DNA of 64,000 nt from the NCBI GenBank assembly GCA_002269645.1, contig NIVC01000611.1, positions 124,001 to 188,000 of the forward strand, in the 5' to 3' direction. The translations under genes were made by a program, and so were the position numbers. Below are positions 26,101 through 39,452 of this stretch, in pieces (within the stretch, counting starts at the first letter, position 1; the number at the start of each line of letters is the position of its first letter). The notes under the pieces were generated by a model. That model was not told the origin of the DNA. It did not search any database and worked only from the letters and a program-made list of their open reading frames with translations. The stretch comes from Macrostomum lignano (taxonomy: Eukaryota).

Positions 26101-29100
26101 GCATGGGGGCCTTCCTTAATCTTTCGCCTCTTGACCTCTTCATCAGGGGTGAGGCGGCTAGAACGACGCGGCGTCTAATTGATGCCGGCGTCAAATTCAT
26201 TTACATGAGAGCACCTGCTAAGCGGAACCTTGTCCCGCATAGCGATCTGTGCCTCAACTTTCTCAACGAGTGTCAGGCCAATCGCGTCTTCACCGATGGC
26301 ATTGCCTCAACGCTCAACCTGAGACAGCGCTACTCCGTAGCTATCGACTCGCGCGATAACATCAATGACCAATGGAACCCTGGTGAGCTTCATTGCTACA
26401 CCGACGGTTCTAAGCAGTCAGCCAACACCGGTTTTGGTGTTGGAATCTTCCTGAACGGGAGGGTCATCGCAACCCACGCTCAGTACACTGGGGTCAACTC
26501 CAGTGTCTTCCAAAATGAAGTTCTGGCCATCAGCTCCTGCACTGCAGAGCTTCTCGCCACTGGCGTTACTGGTAAGAACATCATTTTCCATTCGGACAGC
26601 CAAGCTGCCTTGCACGCCATCAGTGGCTGCAGCACCAACTCTGCTACAGTCCTCGACTGTATCAAACTCCTCAACGTGTTGGGTTCCGCCAACAAAATTA
26701 CCCTTAAGTGGGTTCCGGGGCATGTGGGAATCCGAGGAAATGAGTTGGCTGACACCCTTGCAAAAGTTGGTGCCTCCGGCTCCTCTCTCGGCCCCGAACC
26801 TCTTGTCCCGATTCCTGGCTGTGTCATCGACTCGCGCATCAAAGCGTGGATCAGGACCCAGCACCGCTCGACTTGGGCGAACCGCACGAACTGCAGGCAA
26901 TCCAGAGGCGCTGTCCCTCAGCCCTCTCACCAGCTCCGGAAGCTCCTCTTGCGCCTCTCGCGCAGAGACATCCGGGCTGCCACCATGACCCTCTCTGGTC
27001 ACGGCTGCTTCTCCAGGCACCAGTACCTGCAGGGCAACGCCACCAACGCCACCTGTAGTTTCTGCAACTCAGGTGACGAAACCGCTGAGCATTTCGTCAG
27101 CATCTGTCCCGCCTTCACGCGGGCCAGACTCACTTACCTCGGGTCACACACATCTATTACTGAAGCGTGCAAACCCGAAAACTTTAATCAGCTCATGCGC
27201 TACCTTCGGGCCACCCGCAGGGCTGAACTCTCCTTTCCAGAGAGCACCATAGCTGCTGGTGACACTGGGGGACCTCCCTGGGCGGCGCCAACCCTCCGTC
27301 CATAGCGACGCGTCGGCCGTTCAGGGACTAGCGGAATGGGCGCCCGCGCCTTCCCGCTGTGTCCCCTCCGGGACAGCCCTGCAGCTAAGTCTAAGTCAAA
27401 CCCACCCCACCCAGGCACCCACCCCACTCCTCAGCCAGTCACCCACCCCACTCCTCAGCCAGTCACCCACCCCACTCCTCACCCAGTCACCCACCCCACT
27501 CCTCAGCCATTCACCCACCCCACTCCTCACCCAGTCACCCACCCCACTCCTCACCCAGTCACCCACCTCACTACTCAGCCAGTCACCCACCTCACTCCTC
27601 ACCCAGTCACCCACCCCACTCCTCAGCCAGTCACCCACCCCACTCCTCACCCAGTCACCCACCTCACTACTCAGCCAGTCACCCACCTCACTCCTCACCC
27701 AGTCACCCACCCCACTCCTCACCCAGTCACCCACCCCACTCCTCACCCAGTCACCCACCCCACTCCTCAGCCAGTCACCCACCCCATTCCTCACCCAGTC
27801 ACTCACCCCACTCCTCACCCAGTCACCCACCCCACTCCTCAGCCAGTCACACACCCCATTCCTCACCCAGTCACTCACCCCACTCCTCACCCAGTCACCC
27901 ACTCCTCCTACTGAAAATCCAATCATAAAGTACATCAGAAACCTTCTTTCTCAAGGCGGACTTCTCAATCTTGGGCAGGCGACCGGCCGGGGTGCTGGGA
28001 GTCGGCGAGTTCAGGATCTGGCTGGAGTAGTTTGACCCCGGAGGAGAAGGCATCAGACTTTCCTGGCGAGTCTGCGCTGGCTGCTGCCGCTGCAACGACA
28101 TGGAGCTCGGTGGGTCGGCCGACAGGCCGCCATTCGATTGTCGGCAGTCGCTCTCGGCGGCGCCATCGGGAACGCCGGCGTCGTGGTCGCTGCACTCCTC
28201 TTTGGTGCCCATGATGTAGTCGTAGGTGGACATGCCGCGCTTGTCTGGCGGTTGAACAGGGGTGATCAGGGTGCCGATTGACTAGCTACACATTTGATTG
28301 GTTCGAATACTTATTAAGAGATTGTCTAAAAATATTAATTACCACCCTAATGATGGGCGTCGATCATGAAGTGATAGCAGCAATTAAGAGTGACAGGCAG
28401 CTGTCGGAAGTGACAGGAAATGGTCAGGATGGACAGATAAACATTGAGAGTGACAGATAATAATCAGGAGTGACAGATGAGCAACTTGAGTGACATATAA
28501 GGATCGTGAGTGACAGATAAGGATAAGGAATGACAGATAAGGATCAGGAGTGACAGATAAGGATCTTGAGTGACAGATAAGGATCTTGAGTGACAGATAA
28601 GGATTGGGAGTGACAGATAAGGATCGTGAGTGACAGATAAGGATCTTGAGTGACAGATAAGGATCAGGAGTGACAGATAAGGATCGTGAGTGACAGATAA
28701 GGATCAGGAGTGACAGATAAGGATCGTGAGTGACTGATAAAGCTCTTGAGTGACAGATAAGGATTGGGAGTGACAGATAAGGATTGAGAGTGACAGATAA
28801 GGATCGTGAGTGACAGATAAGGATCAAGAGTGACAGATAAGGATTGGGAGTGACAGATAAGGATCGTGAGTGACAGATAAGGATCAGTGAAGATAGAGCT
28901 TATCCACAAGGGACTGATGCGAGCTAGCAGTCGATCCGCTCTTGTGAACACGAATCTCAAGCAAAAAAAACAGTTAATCCTTGCTTTTATAACGATGTGT
29001 GACGAGAAGTAGTCTTGATGATGTGCTGGAAAACTCATCAAGCTGATGGCATCTCCGCTACCCCCCTGAGCTTCTCTAGAGAAGGAGATGCGTGAATTCC

Positions 29101-32100
29101 GCGTTTTTTTGCTGACTGACTGCAACAAAGCCATAGTAATTATCGGGGGGGCTTCAAGGAGTTTAGAAACAACCTCACCCAGAGATGAAGTGCTAAGCAA
29201 TAGACAGTGGGATAAACTAAAAAACTAATTAAGATTCCATTCCATCGTATTGATCGGAGAGTGACAGTTAAACATCCGGAGTGACAGCTAATCATCCGGA
29301 GTGACAGTTAGTCATCTGGAGTGACAGTTAGTTATCTGGAGTGACAGCTAATCATCCGGAGTGACAGTTAGTCACCTGGAGTGACAGTTAAGGATCCGGA
29401 GTGACAGTTAAAAGTTCGGACTGACAGTTAATCATCTCGAGTGACACTTAATCATCTGGAGTGACAGTTAATGGTTTGGAGTGACAGTTAGTCATATGGA
29501 GTGACAGTTAGTCATATGGAGTGACAGTTAGTCATCCGGAGTGACAGTTAGTCATCTGGAGTGACAGTTAGTCATATGGAGTGACAGTTAGTCATATGGA
29601 GTGACAGTTAGTCATCCGGAGTGACAGTTAGTCATCTGGAGTGACAGTTAGTCATATGGAGTGACAGTTAGTCATATGGAGTGACAGTTAGTCATCCGGA
29701 GTGACAGTTAGTCATCTGGAGTGACAGTTAGTCATATGGAGTGACAGTTAGTCATATGGAGTGACAGTTAGTCATCCGGAGTGACAGTTAGTCATCTGGA
29801 GTGACAGTTAGTCATATGGAGTGACAGTTAGTCATATGGAGTGACAGTTAGTCATCCGGAGTGACAACTGATTATCAAGAGTACATCTGGCATTCAACAA
29901 GGGGTGCCATGCACTTAGCGATTAGAAGTGGCAGTTCAGACCCAGCCGCACTCACACAGGTACAGGTGAAAGTCGAGCAGCTGGCACAGCAGCACAATGC
30001 CCACTAGCGCCAGCACGCAGCTGAACAGGAGCACCAGCACGAATGCCAAGTCGCTGCAGCTGATGAACAGCACATGGAAGAGGCCGGTGCCCTGCAAGTT
30101 GCCAGCCGTGAGGATTGTTAAGGTGTCGTTGGCCCAGCGTGACGAGCTGCTCCAGTAGGCTGGGTGAGGGTGCAAAGTGGTGGGCGGGTTCTCTGTAGCA
30201 TGTCTGCATTGCTCAGATTATTGCACAAGCTTGTTTGCATGCCTTTTTGGTGAACTTTTTTGCGCAGTTCATTTTTTTGCGAATGTTAAGAAAAAAATCT
30301 CAAACATGTATAATGCTAATCAGCTGCACTGTGAGAACTGCAGACATGGTTTGGTGCGACAGACCGAAGAGTGGCTATAAGAGATAAAGGGAGAGATGGG
30401 TGAGATTGAGGGAGAGATGGGTGAGATTGAGGGAGAGATGGGTGGGATTGAGGGAGAGATGGGTGAGATTGAGGGAGAGATAGGGTGAGATTGAGGGAGA
30501 GATGGGTGAGATAGGGGAGATTGAGGGAGAGATGGGTGAGATGGAGGGAGAGATAGGTGAGATTGAGGGAGAGATGGGTGAGATGGAGGGAGAGATAGGT
30601 GAGATTGAGGGAGAGATAGGTGAGATAGAGAGACGGATGGGTAAGATTGAGAGAGAGATGAGTGAGATGGTGGGAGAGATAGGTAAGATGGAGGAACAAA
30701 TGAGATTGAGGGACAGGTGGGTGAGACATAGGTAGAGATGCAGCCCTGAGATGCAGCCGCAGACCCCACCTTCGTAGGGCTTCAGCACCCGTCCAGTTTC
30801 GCTGTCCAAGAAGTAGGCGATCACGGCGGCAATGGCGAGGCAGAGTATAATTATGAGGCCGACAGTCGCACTAATTAGAGTGGCGATAAACAGTCTGCAA
30901 TATTTCGTGTGCGAAACCATGAATCACTGATAAGACGAGTGGGCTCACTGCATAGCCAAAGATAACGACTTTGTACCTGTAATTTCGACTGCCAACACAG
31001 TTATTCAGCCATTTGCAGTGGTGATCGAAGTCTTGAATGCACTTGTTGCAGCTGCTGCAGTGCTTGGTCTCGTTGTTGGAACTGAAATATTGAATTCATA
31101 ACCATATTTAAAACTGCTCTATTGCTAGTTATGGAATACATGTAGAGTAGGAGGAAGAGATACAGTACAGGGTGTGAGATAAAGGGAGATATGGCCTATG
31201 GTGAGATAGAGGGATATATGGGTGAGACAGAGCGAGAGATATGTGAGATGGAGGGAGATATGGGTGAGACAGGAAGAGAGATGGGTGAGATAGAGGGAGA
31301 TATAGATGAAACAGGGAGAGATGGGTGAGACAGGGAGAGATGGGTGAGATAGAGGGAGATATGGGTGAGACAGAGGGATATGGGTGAGAAAGAGGGAGAG
31401 ATAGGTGAGTTAGAGGGAGATATGGGTGATACAGGGAGAGATGGGTGAGACAGGGAGAGATAGGTGAAATCGAGGGAGATATGGGTGAGAAAGAGGTAAA
31501 GTTAGATAAGATTGAGGGAGAGATGGGTGGGATAAAGGGAAATATGGGTGAGACATAAGGAGAGATGGATGAGGCAGAGGGAGATATAGGTGTGAAAAAA
31601 CTTACATTTTAATTTCGCAAAGATTGCAAAAATAGTTTTCTATCACGTGCTTGTGAATTGCTTTGTCGAGTTTGGGTACAGGTTTTATGCCTTCCTGTTT
31701 TTGCTTGAGTCGCAGATTGATGTCTGCTGGATCCAGTACAGTTGACAGCAGGTGGGCGGCCAGGTGCGCCACCACTGCCATGGACACAATCTGGTTTTGC
31801 CGCGGTTTCAATGCAGTTAAGGAAATTTATGCAGTTGATTAAATAACTTCAAAACTTTATCCTGTATTATGCTGTAAAACTGTAATAGTTAATTAGCTAT
31901 GTTGTTAAAACCTTACAATGGGATAAAATAAAACAGAAATGAAGTATTAAGCTATAATATAGATTTATAAAAACTTAAATAAAGAAATTTGTTTGTACCT
32001 TTAATATATAAACGCTATATATATCTGGTTAAATTCTGGCCTTTACTTTTTGTTAGTGTTACCCAACCTGAATGCTTGATTAAGAGGGTAAGGGATGATT

Positions 32101-32301
32101 TTTACTTTAAATCAAATTCAAATTTTGCCATAAAAAGGATACGATTCCGAAGCTTATCTGTAACGGTAAAATAAGCTGAGGTATTATAGTCGCGTAGAAT
32201 ATCAATAAAAAGTAAAGTACGACTGTCCATGCGACGACTTGAAATACGTGGGGAGGACATGATAAACCATTTTGTCGTCGATATTCTCGGTACTCTGACA
32301 T
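17172..32301 (-). CDS. ZDHHC1/ZDHHC11: DHHC palmitoyltransferase, ZDHHC1/11-like, ~580 aa; exons 32143-32301, 31606-31790, 30977-31081, 30770-30894, 29956-30159, 27943-28244, 20828-21050, 18272-18349, 17172-17533
   Basis: [19 protein letters not shown]-terminus; [24 protein letters not shown]; [31 protein letters not shown]; [20 protein letters not shown]. All 8 introns are GT-AG with matching phases. The last three exons rest on phase consistency only. Confidence 0.9.
17685..17878. repeat. 33-bp intronic minisatellite
   Basis: Unit CTACAACTCTTTGATGTCGCCGCTACAATAAGC. Confidence 0.9.
18505..19665. repeat. 24-bp minisatellite built of GGGTTGAT sub-units
   Basis: Unit GATTGATGGGTTGATGGGTTGATA. 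Confidence 0.97.
19935..20765. repeat. 21-bp minisatellite CTACTCCTAAAATGGACTAG(T/A)
   Basis: Direct reading. Confidence 0.97.
21576..21859 (+). ncRNA. Predicted HDV-like self-cleaving ribozyme at the retrotransposon 5' end
   Basis: Manual fold. P1 GCACGCG 21576-21582 / CGCGTGT 21770-21776 (G1-U wobble); P2 ACCCA 21752-21756 / TGGGT 21855-21859; P3 GGG/CCC; L3 TACTCGT; P1.1 AC/GT; J4/2 CGAAT from C21849. Confidence 0.75.
22092..23597 (+). CDS. Retrotransposon ORF1 (gag-like, no CCHC knuckle), ~501 aa
   Basis: Open ORF 22035-23597 with first ATG at 22092. Basic [17 protein letters not shown] stretch and a central globular region. Position upstream of pol. Confidence 0.85.
   Translation: MAFEPIMDNKAFSRDGDPSKPQPQSEGPAGPAGRSQPTDSTVAKEGPAGSAGRSDQSYQTHNTQRPASSAGGSKGTASSRPKGPAKSGRSDEAQRARLERKRAKQRAKRQAKKGAAGAKAAASTMDAEATGVPRQPDGPAGGSSGSSAAALPGDAAAAAEAETTAQQMATANKEVPSGATFAAKAKAKIPGVIIQGRDQDWTTDQLQKVWSAVDSYLIELTVEEGISIGIERMVLRSTFVLIAPSSEEDARQLLQRLPTVSLDADLGGALFLREGQRPKTITYVVFVPAKSTAAGPDVIRRVLLRLNPDLPASGLVYHRKVRRGETGNSINLGLSSTWASRYPNGSSFQLGALKLKMRRGKSAKGKATANPGISGKSGAQSKAQGKAQADPKAKAASRPSASSSSATAVTAPAKPREPNLPVGEGVEDEAGSSESELSSATLVGSEGKDAGEEASSILSSEPEDSAGGAGGGEEAMDVDQLPSPSQAPAAWDEDDLLSKSP
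23637..27305 (+). CDS. Retrotransposon ORF2: AP endonuclease, reverse transcriptase, RNase H, CCHC finger (1222 aa)
   Basis: QINLQH, IQEPW, GDLNAHH..WGS, SDH (APE); [30 protein letters not shown] (RT); [28 protein letters not shown] (RNase H); [14 protein letters not shown]. Confidence 0.97.
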   Translation: MTKLHAAKGATFCLQINLQHCVSASVNLIKIAELYRPGLILIQEPWMRNGKLPNIPSGYSDLYVCLSDGDLCVIQSNHFSPRTCLVASVYIPGDRDPAPESLLRLAQYCESQNAELCLGGDLNAHHKHWGSKDTNTRGEELLALISNTNLMLCNRGSTPTFNNGRWTEVLDATLVTPRLFDRVEEWRVWSEEPSLSDHCFIAFNIADTKPQSPITWRRNIRNTDWAAYKAALDLHLQELTDLRPIETCEDVDHIAETLTGCIIAAYEAACPARAYKGKTSAPWWNPELGKLRWKAKSLHRRAMKTGNPEDMELFRQASRNFKSEVRKAKECKWRQFCNELDQDRPTSRLVKALTMDKMSKLAMIKKDDGSLTKDPEEVLQHMLSTFFPRVPTARPEPNHSMDGATLAAGIVIEDLIARAVRTFKPFKSPGPDGIYPVLLREAAKIPSFLRLTRNLMRASIQLGYVPKCWTEARVVFIPKPGKGDYQSVKAFRPISLTSAMLKLTERLILWRLLSCELTAMPLSNNQHAFRTGRSTDSALHAIVEKIERAVLGDGYALALFLDIVGAFDNVIFEAFQRALQNRKAHATLIRWIMYMISNRTVTAQLLGQTASTRVCKGGPQGGVLTPTLWNLVMDALLSDSRPDPVFKVGYADDVTAIVAGPSPSTLRDLMQSFIRKAESWANDNGLELSEPKTVAIMFTSRLRWNIRPLQLYGRDIAFAHQTRCLGVILDHRLNWSFHVKAKAKRASAILAQLRRALGTSWGLSPKRLWWIYTSVVRPAITYASVVWVSATQVKSHADLLNTIQGRACRLICNATRSTPFAGMGAFLNLSPLDLFIRGEAARTTRRLIDAGVKFIYMRAPAKRNLVPHSDLCLNFLNECQANRVFTDGIASTLNLRQRYSVAIDSRDNINDQWNPGELHCYTDGSKQSANTGFGVGIFLNGRVIATHAQYTGVNSSVFQNEVLAISSCTAELLATGVTGKNIIFHSDSQAALHAISGCSTNSATVLDCIKLLNVLGSANKITLKWVPGHVGIRGNELADTLAKVGASGSSLGPEPLVPIPGCVIDSRIKAWIRTQHRSTWANRTNCRQSRGAVPQPSHQLRKLLLRLSRRDIRAATMTLSGHGCFSRHQYLQGNATNATCSFCNSGDETAEHFVSICPAFTRARLTYLGSHTSITEACKPENFNQLMRYLRATRRAELSFPESTIAAGDTGGPPWAAPTLRP
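27415..27905. repeat. 24-bp C-rich minisatellite CACCCACCCCACTCCTCACCCAGT
   Basis: Direct reading. Starts right after the retrotransposon 3' TSD. Confidence 0.95.
28385..28885. repeat. 20-bp minisatellite GAGTGACAGATAAGGATC(AG/GT/TT)
   Basis: Direct reading. Confidence 0.93.
29258..29866. repeat. 20-bp minisatellite GAGTGACAGTTAGTCAT(A/C)(T/C)G with 80-bp higher-order period
   Basis: Direct reading. Confidence 0.95.
30380..30725. repeat. 21-bp purine-rich minisatellite GGGAGAGATGGGTGAGATTGA
   Basis: Direct reading. ZDHHC intron 4. Confidence 0.9.
31155..31595. repeat. Diverged array of the same 21-bp purine-rich unit
   Basis: Direct reading. ZDHHC intron 2. Confidence 0.85.
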
Positions 32302-33260
32302 AGATGTGTTGAATAATTGTCTTATCTTCTACAAACTAAAGCAATAATATTTAAAACCTAGCATAGCCGAATAAGCAGACTTCTTTGGCTTTATTTTCTA
32401 TGCTATATTTTATTTGCATGAGACGTAAGGTACCGAAGAAAAAATATTGTTGAAGTAAAAATTCTGAATTTGTCTAATGACTTAGTCTAATTAGTCTAAT
32501 GACTTTAGTCTAATGACTAAAACAAAACATAAACTTTTCGTAGACTAAAATGTATTTATACTCCTAATAAACAGATATTATATTACTTAAAATGTTTTTA
32601 CAATGCAAAATTTGTTTATTTCAACATTTTTTAAGATAACCCCTGTGTAGCGTTTGTTCATTTTTTAGTTTCGTGAAACTTAAACAATATTGCCTTCGTA
32701 TTCATTCAACGTTATTTTGTCGTCCACCGAACACCCAAATTGATATTAAATGCTTACTTCTCAGACAAATAGTTTGCATTTAAATAGTCTTATATCTGTT
32801 TAAATAGTTCATTAAACGCACCATAATTTCAGTCGAGTTAAGAAAATGAAGTCAAAATGGCAAAAAGCAAAATGTAGTTAATAAGTTGGCTTGCGAAAAT
32901 ATGGATTGCAGCACGAATAAGTCGTTTTTATGCGTTTTATATTGCGTTGCAAATAGTCTTACTAAAAATTATTCTTTTTATAAATATGCGAAATCGATAT
33001 AGTTTATCAAATAATTCATGATTTATGTCAATCGCATAAATTACTTAAATGGAACTACAAAACCCTGTTAGAAGTTCAATTGACAATTATAAAAATCTTT
33101 TTTATTCAATATATTTTGTCAAATGAGTTTTTAGCAAGAAAAAATTGTTGTTTTTTATGACTGTTTAATAGATAAAAGATTCATTTTTTGTTTTAAATTT
33201 GAAGAAAATATATCTTAGGCCTTAAGCATTCTGACCAACATATTTTCTTTGCTGGTAGCC
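32302..33260. promoter_or_regulatory. AT-rich divergent intergenic region (putative bidirectional promoter, ZDHHC / DnaJ)
   Basis: Head-to-head ATGs at 32301 (-) and 33261 (+). No specific elements identified. Confidence 0.4.
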
Positions 33261-36155
<2,895 letters not shown>

Positions 36156-36175
36156 TTTTCTAACTCTGTAGCAGG

Positions 36176-36486
36176 AGTGCTCAGGTGTGCTTGTGAGTGC
36201 TCAGGTGTGCTTGTGAGTGCTCAGGTGTGCTTGTGAATGCTCAGGTGTGCTTGTGAGTGCTCAGGTGTGCTTGTGAGTGCTCAGGTGTGCTTGTGAGTGC
36301 TCAGGTGTGCTTGTGAATGCTCAGGTGTGCTTGTGAGTGCTCAGGTGTGCTTGTGAGTGCTCAGGTGTGCTTTTGAGTGCTCAGGTGTGCTTGTGAGTGC
36401 TCAGGTGTGCTTGTGAGTGCTCAGGTGTGCTTGTGAGTGCTCAGGTGTGCTTGTGAGTGCTCAGGTGTGCTTAGGGGTGCTCAGAC
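36176..36486. repeat. 20-bp minisatellite TCAGGTGTGCTTGTGAGTGC
   Basis: Direct reading. Begins ~20 bp after the DnaJ stop. Confidence 0.95.
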
Positions 36487-37069
36487 GTGTTCAAATATGA
36501 TCATGAGCGCTTAGATGCGCTAAAATTAATACGCTTACAGACTACTTATGTCATAAGGTGCTTCTTTGTTTGCAGATATGCTTATTTGTGCTCAGATTTG
36601 TTAAAATGTGCTCCCCAGGCTAACAGTGCTCAATATGTGCTCAAAATTATAAATATCTTCTCGCTCAGTTGTCACTTGAAGCCATATTCTCTCGAGGCAT
36701 CGCTGGTTCCACCGCTTTGCCCCCAGTAATTGATTTGCTTAGCTGTTAGCATTTATTTCGCTTTGAGCTGTCAATCAAGAAGTCATTTTTTCATTTTTGT
36801 TTGTTTCTCACCGAGTTGTTTGTGTATTTCTGAAATTCTGCGACTTTTCGGAGCCCTAGTTGAGCACAATTTATACATCGAACACAGTTAAATCCACGGC
36901 TTGTAGATGTTTAGCGAATGTTTTATAATTCAATATATATTCGTACTTTATGCAAATATGCTGCCGATATGTAGCGATGGAATCATTTTCTACTGGAAAT
37001 GGGACTCACTTAGGAGTAGGATTAACCTAAAATTGATGAAGCTAGGAAAAGTGCACTTTACAAATAATA

Positions 37070-37428
37070 ATTATTATATTAAAGGCAGGTGGCTGTGCGC
37101 TCCCTGGCGCACTTTAAGCGACATTGTCACACAACCGGCGAGAAGCATTGCTGCCCATTCCGCCGACTCCCCTGAGCAGGCACACAAGCGCGCGGATACG
37201 TACGCAGTCACACGCACAGGCACACACTCACACAGGAGTGTACAGCGGCCCTAACTTTATATTTTCGTTAGGCATGTACACTTCACTGTACCTTGGGGGG
37301 CTGGCCCTCAAGGGCGTTAATTGCACGAGCTGAGTTAAGCTGAGATTCCAATTCAGCCCCAAATTAATGTGACTGCACTTGGAATCGAGCCTGGGCCGCT
37401 GGCACATCAGAGCATTAAGCTACGGCCC
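37070..37428 (-). mobile_element. tRNA-derived SINE copy B
   Basis: On the minus strand: GGGGCCGTAGCTTAATG (A-box), GGCTCGATTCC (B-box), CACATTAATTTGGGGCTG, and the TGTACAC..CTGTGTGAG..TGCGTAC..GCTCAGGG body shared with copy A; AT-rich tail. Confidence 0.65.
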
Positions 37429-37781
37429 CATGCCCTTTACAATACTTGTATGTGAAATCTGTATTAAAAATGGTTCCTTGTGAACTGTTAGCCCGCTGTG
37501 CTACAGAAATCAAAGTATTTTATTTTCTCTAAATGTATGAAGATGAATTTTTTTGCACTGCATTATTAAATTATTTATTTGCATGTTTAAAAATATAAAT
37601 ATACCTGTAAATATTTTCTTTATCAGCTAGGTCTGACTAATGATATTTTATTAAATATTGTCAGTTCTACTTGATGATCGCTACATGTCGGTAGCATTCT
37701 TTTAGTAATTTTATATCACGCGGGGTTGCACTAGCTTTGCATTTTCTATACTTTTCATGGTGTGAAAAATAGCTGAAAAAT

Positions 37782-38462
37782 TGACAGATGATGCTGACAG
37801 ATGCTGACAGATGCTGAGAGATGCTGACAGATGCTGACAGATGATGCTGACAGATGCTGCCAGATGCTGACAGATGCTGACAGAGGATGCTGACACACGC
37901 TGACAGATGCTGACAGATTCTGACAGCTGCTGACAGATGCTGACAGTTGCTGACAGATGATGCTGACAGATGCTGACAGATGCTGAGAGATGCTGACAGT
38001 TGCTGACAGATGCTGACACACGCTGACAGATGCAGACAGATGCTGACAGAGGATGCTGCCAGATGCTGACAGATGCTGAGAGATGCTGAGAGATGCTGAC
38101 AGTTGCTGACAGATGCTGACACACGCTGACACACGCTGACAGATGCTGACAGATTCTGACAGATTCTGACACACGCTGACAGGGGATGCTGCCAGATGCT
38201 GACAGATGCTGACAGATGCTGCCAGATGCTGACAGATGCTGACAGTTGCTGACAGATGATGCTGACACACGCTGACAGATGCTGACAGATTCTGACAGAT
38301 GCTGACACACGCTGACAGGGGATGCTGACAGATGCTGACAGATGCTGACAGAGGATGCTGACAGATGCTGACAGATGCTAGCAGATGATGCTGACAGATG
38401 CATACAGATGCTGACAGAGGATGCTGCCAGATGCTGACAGATGCTGACAGTTGCTGACAGAT
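37782..38462. repeat. 10-bp-based satellite GATGCTGACA
   Basis: Direct reading. Confidence 0.93.
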
Positions 38463-38954
38463 GAATGGTGTTAATCTCTGACAAGTCTCTATCAGTGACT
38501 GAGGTATTTCATCACAGCAAAATTGGAGCTGTTGAGAGGGCAGCGGGGCCAGTGTGAGTGGGCGGAATTCGCAGTGACTGCACCGAAGCGGCAAACTCAG
38601 AGGGCTCCATACAATCTGTACACCTCATCACTTTGCTGAGAACAAAAGCGAAATGTGGAGAGGCAGCGCATTCTCCAGAATAAGCTCAGATATTTTCAAT
38701 TGTTTTTCTGCTGCAGTTGAGCATTTGTTTGTGTGGGGTGAGCAGCGCCAATGAGCAGAGCGGCAACTGAGAGCTTAATAGAGCAATCTCAAATGCAAAT
38801 GGGGCCACTCTGGGTTGAGTAAACAGCTGCGAGAGAGACGCTGAGTCACAAGTAAATACATTTTTCACTTGCCCGCTGATAAGAAACTGTCGTGTTTGCC
38901 TGCGGCAGGTCAAGTTATCGACACTGAATCTTATGCAGGTGAGGAAGATATAGC

Positions 38955-39412
38955 GCGATAGTGAGACAGACAATAAGATAGACAGCGAGCTTGACAGTAA
39001 AATATAGTGAGATACAGGGTGAGATAGACATTGAGATACAGGGTGAGATAGACATTGAGATAGACAGTGAGATAGACAGTGAGATAGAGTGAGATAGACA
39101 GTGAGATAGACAGTAAGATAGACAGTGAGATAGACAGTGAGATAGAGTGAGATAGACAGTGAGATAGAGTGAGATAGACAGTGAGATAGAGTGAGATAGA
39201 CAGTGAGATAGAGTGAGATAGACAGGGAGATAGACAGTAAGATAGACAGTAAGATAGACAGTGAGATAGAGTGAGATAGACAGTGAGATAGAGTGAGATA
39301 GACAGTGAGATAGAGTGAGATAGACAGTGAGATAGAGTGAGATAGACAGTGAGATAGAGTGAGATAGAGTGAGATAGACAGTGAGATAGAGTGAGATAGA
39401 CAGTGAGATAGA
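38955..39412. repeat. Mixed GATAGACAGTGA / GATAGAGTGA satellite
   Basis: Direct reading. Confidence 0.9.
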
Positions 39413-39452
39413 CACAGCGACACCGAGAGTCAAGCGAGAGTCAGCGATCATC

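Larger units (their letters stand above)
21576..27399 (+). mobile_element. Full-length non-LTR retrotransposon (LOA/R1-I group with RNase H), antisense in ZDHHC intron 6
   Basis: 13-bp TSD ACCCACCCCACCC (21563-21575, 27400-27412), (TAAGTC)2 tail, two ORFs, 5' end shared with the copy at 41787. Confidence 0.95.
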
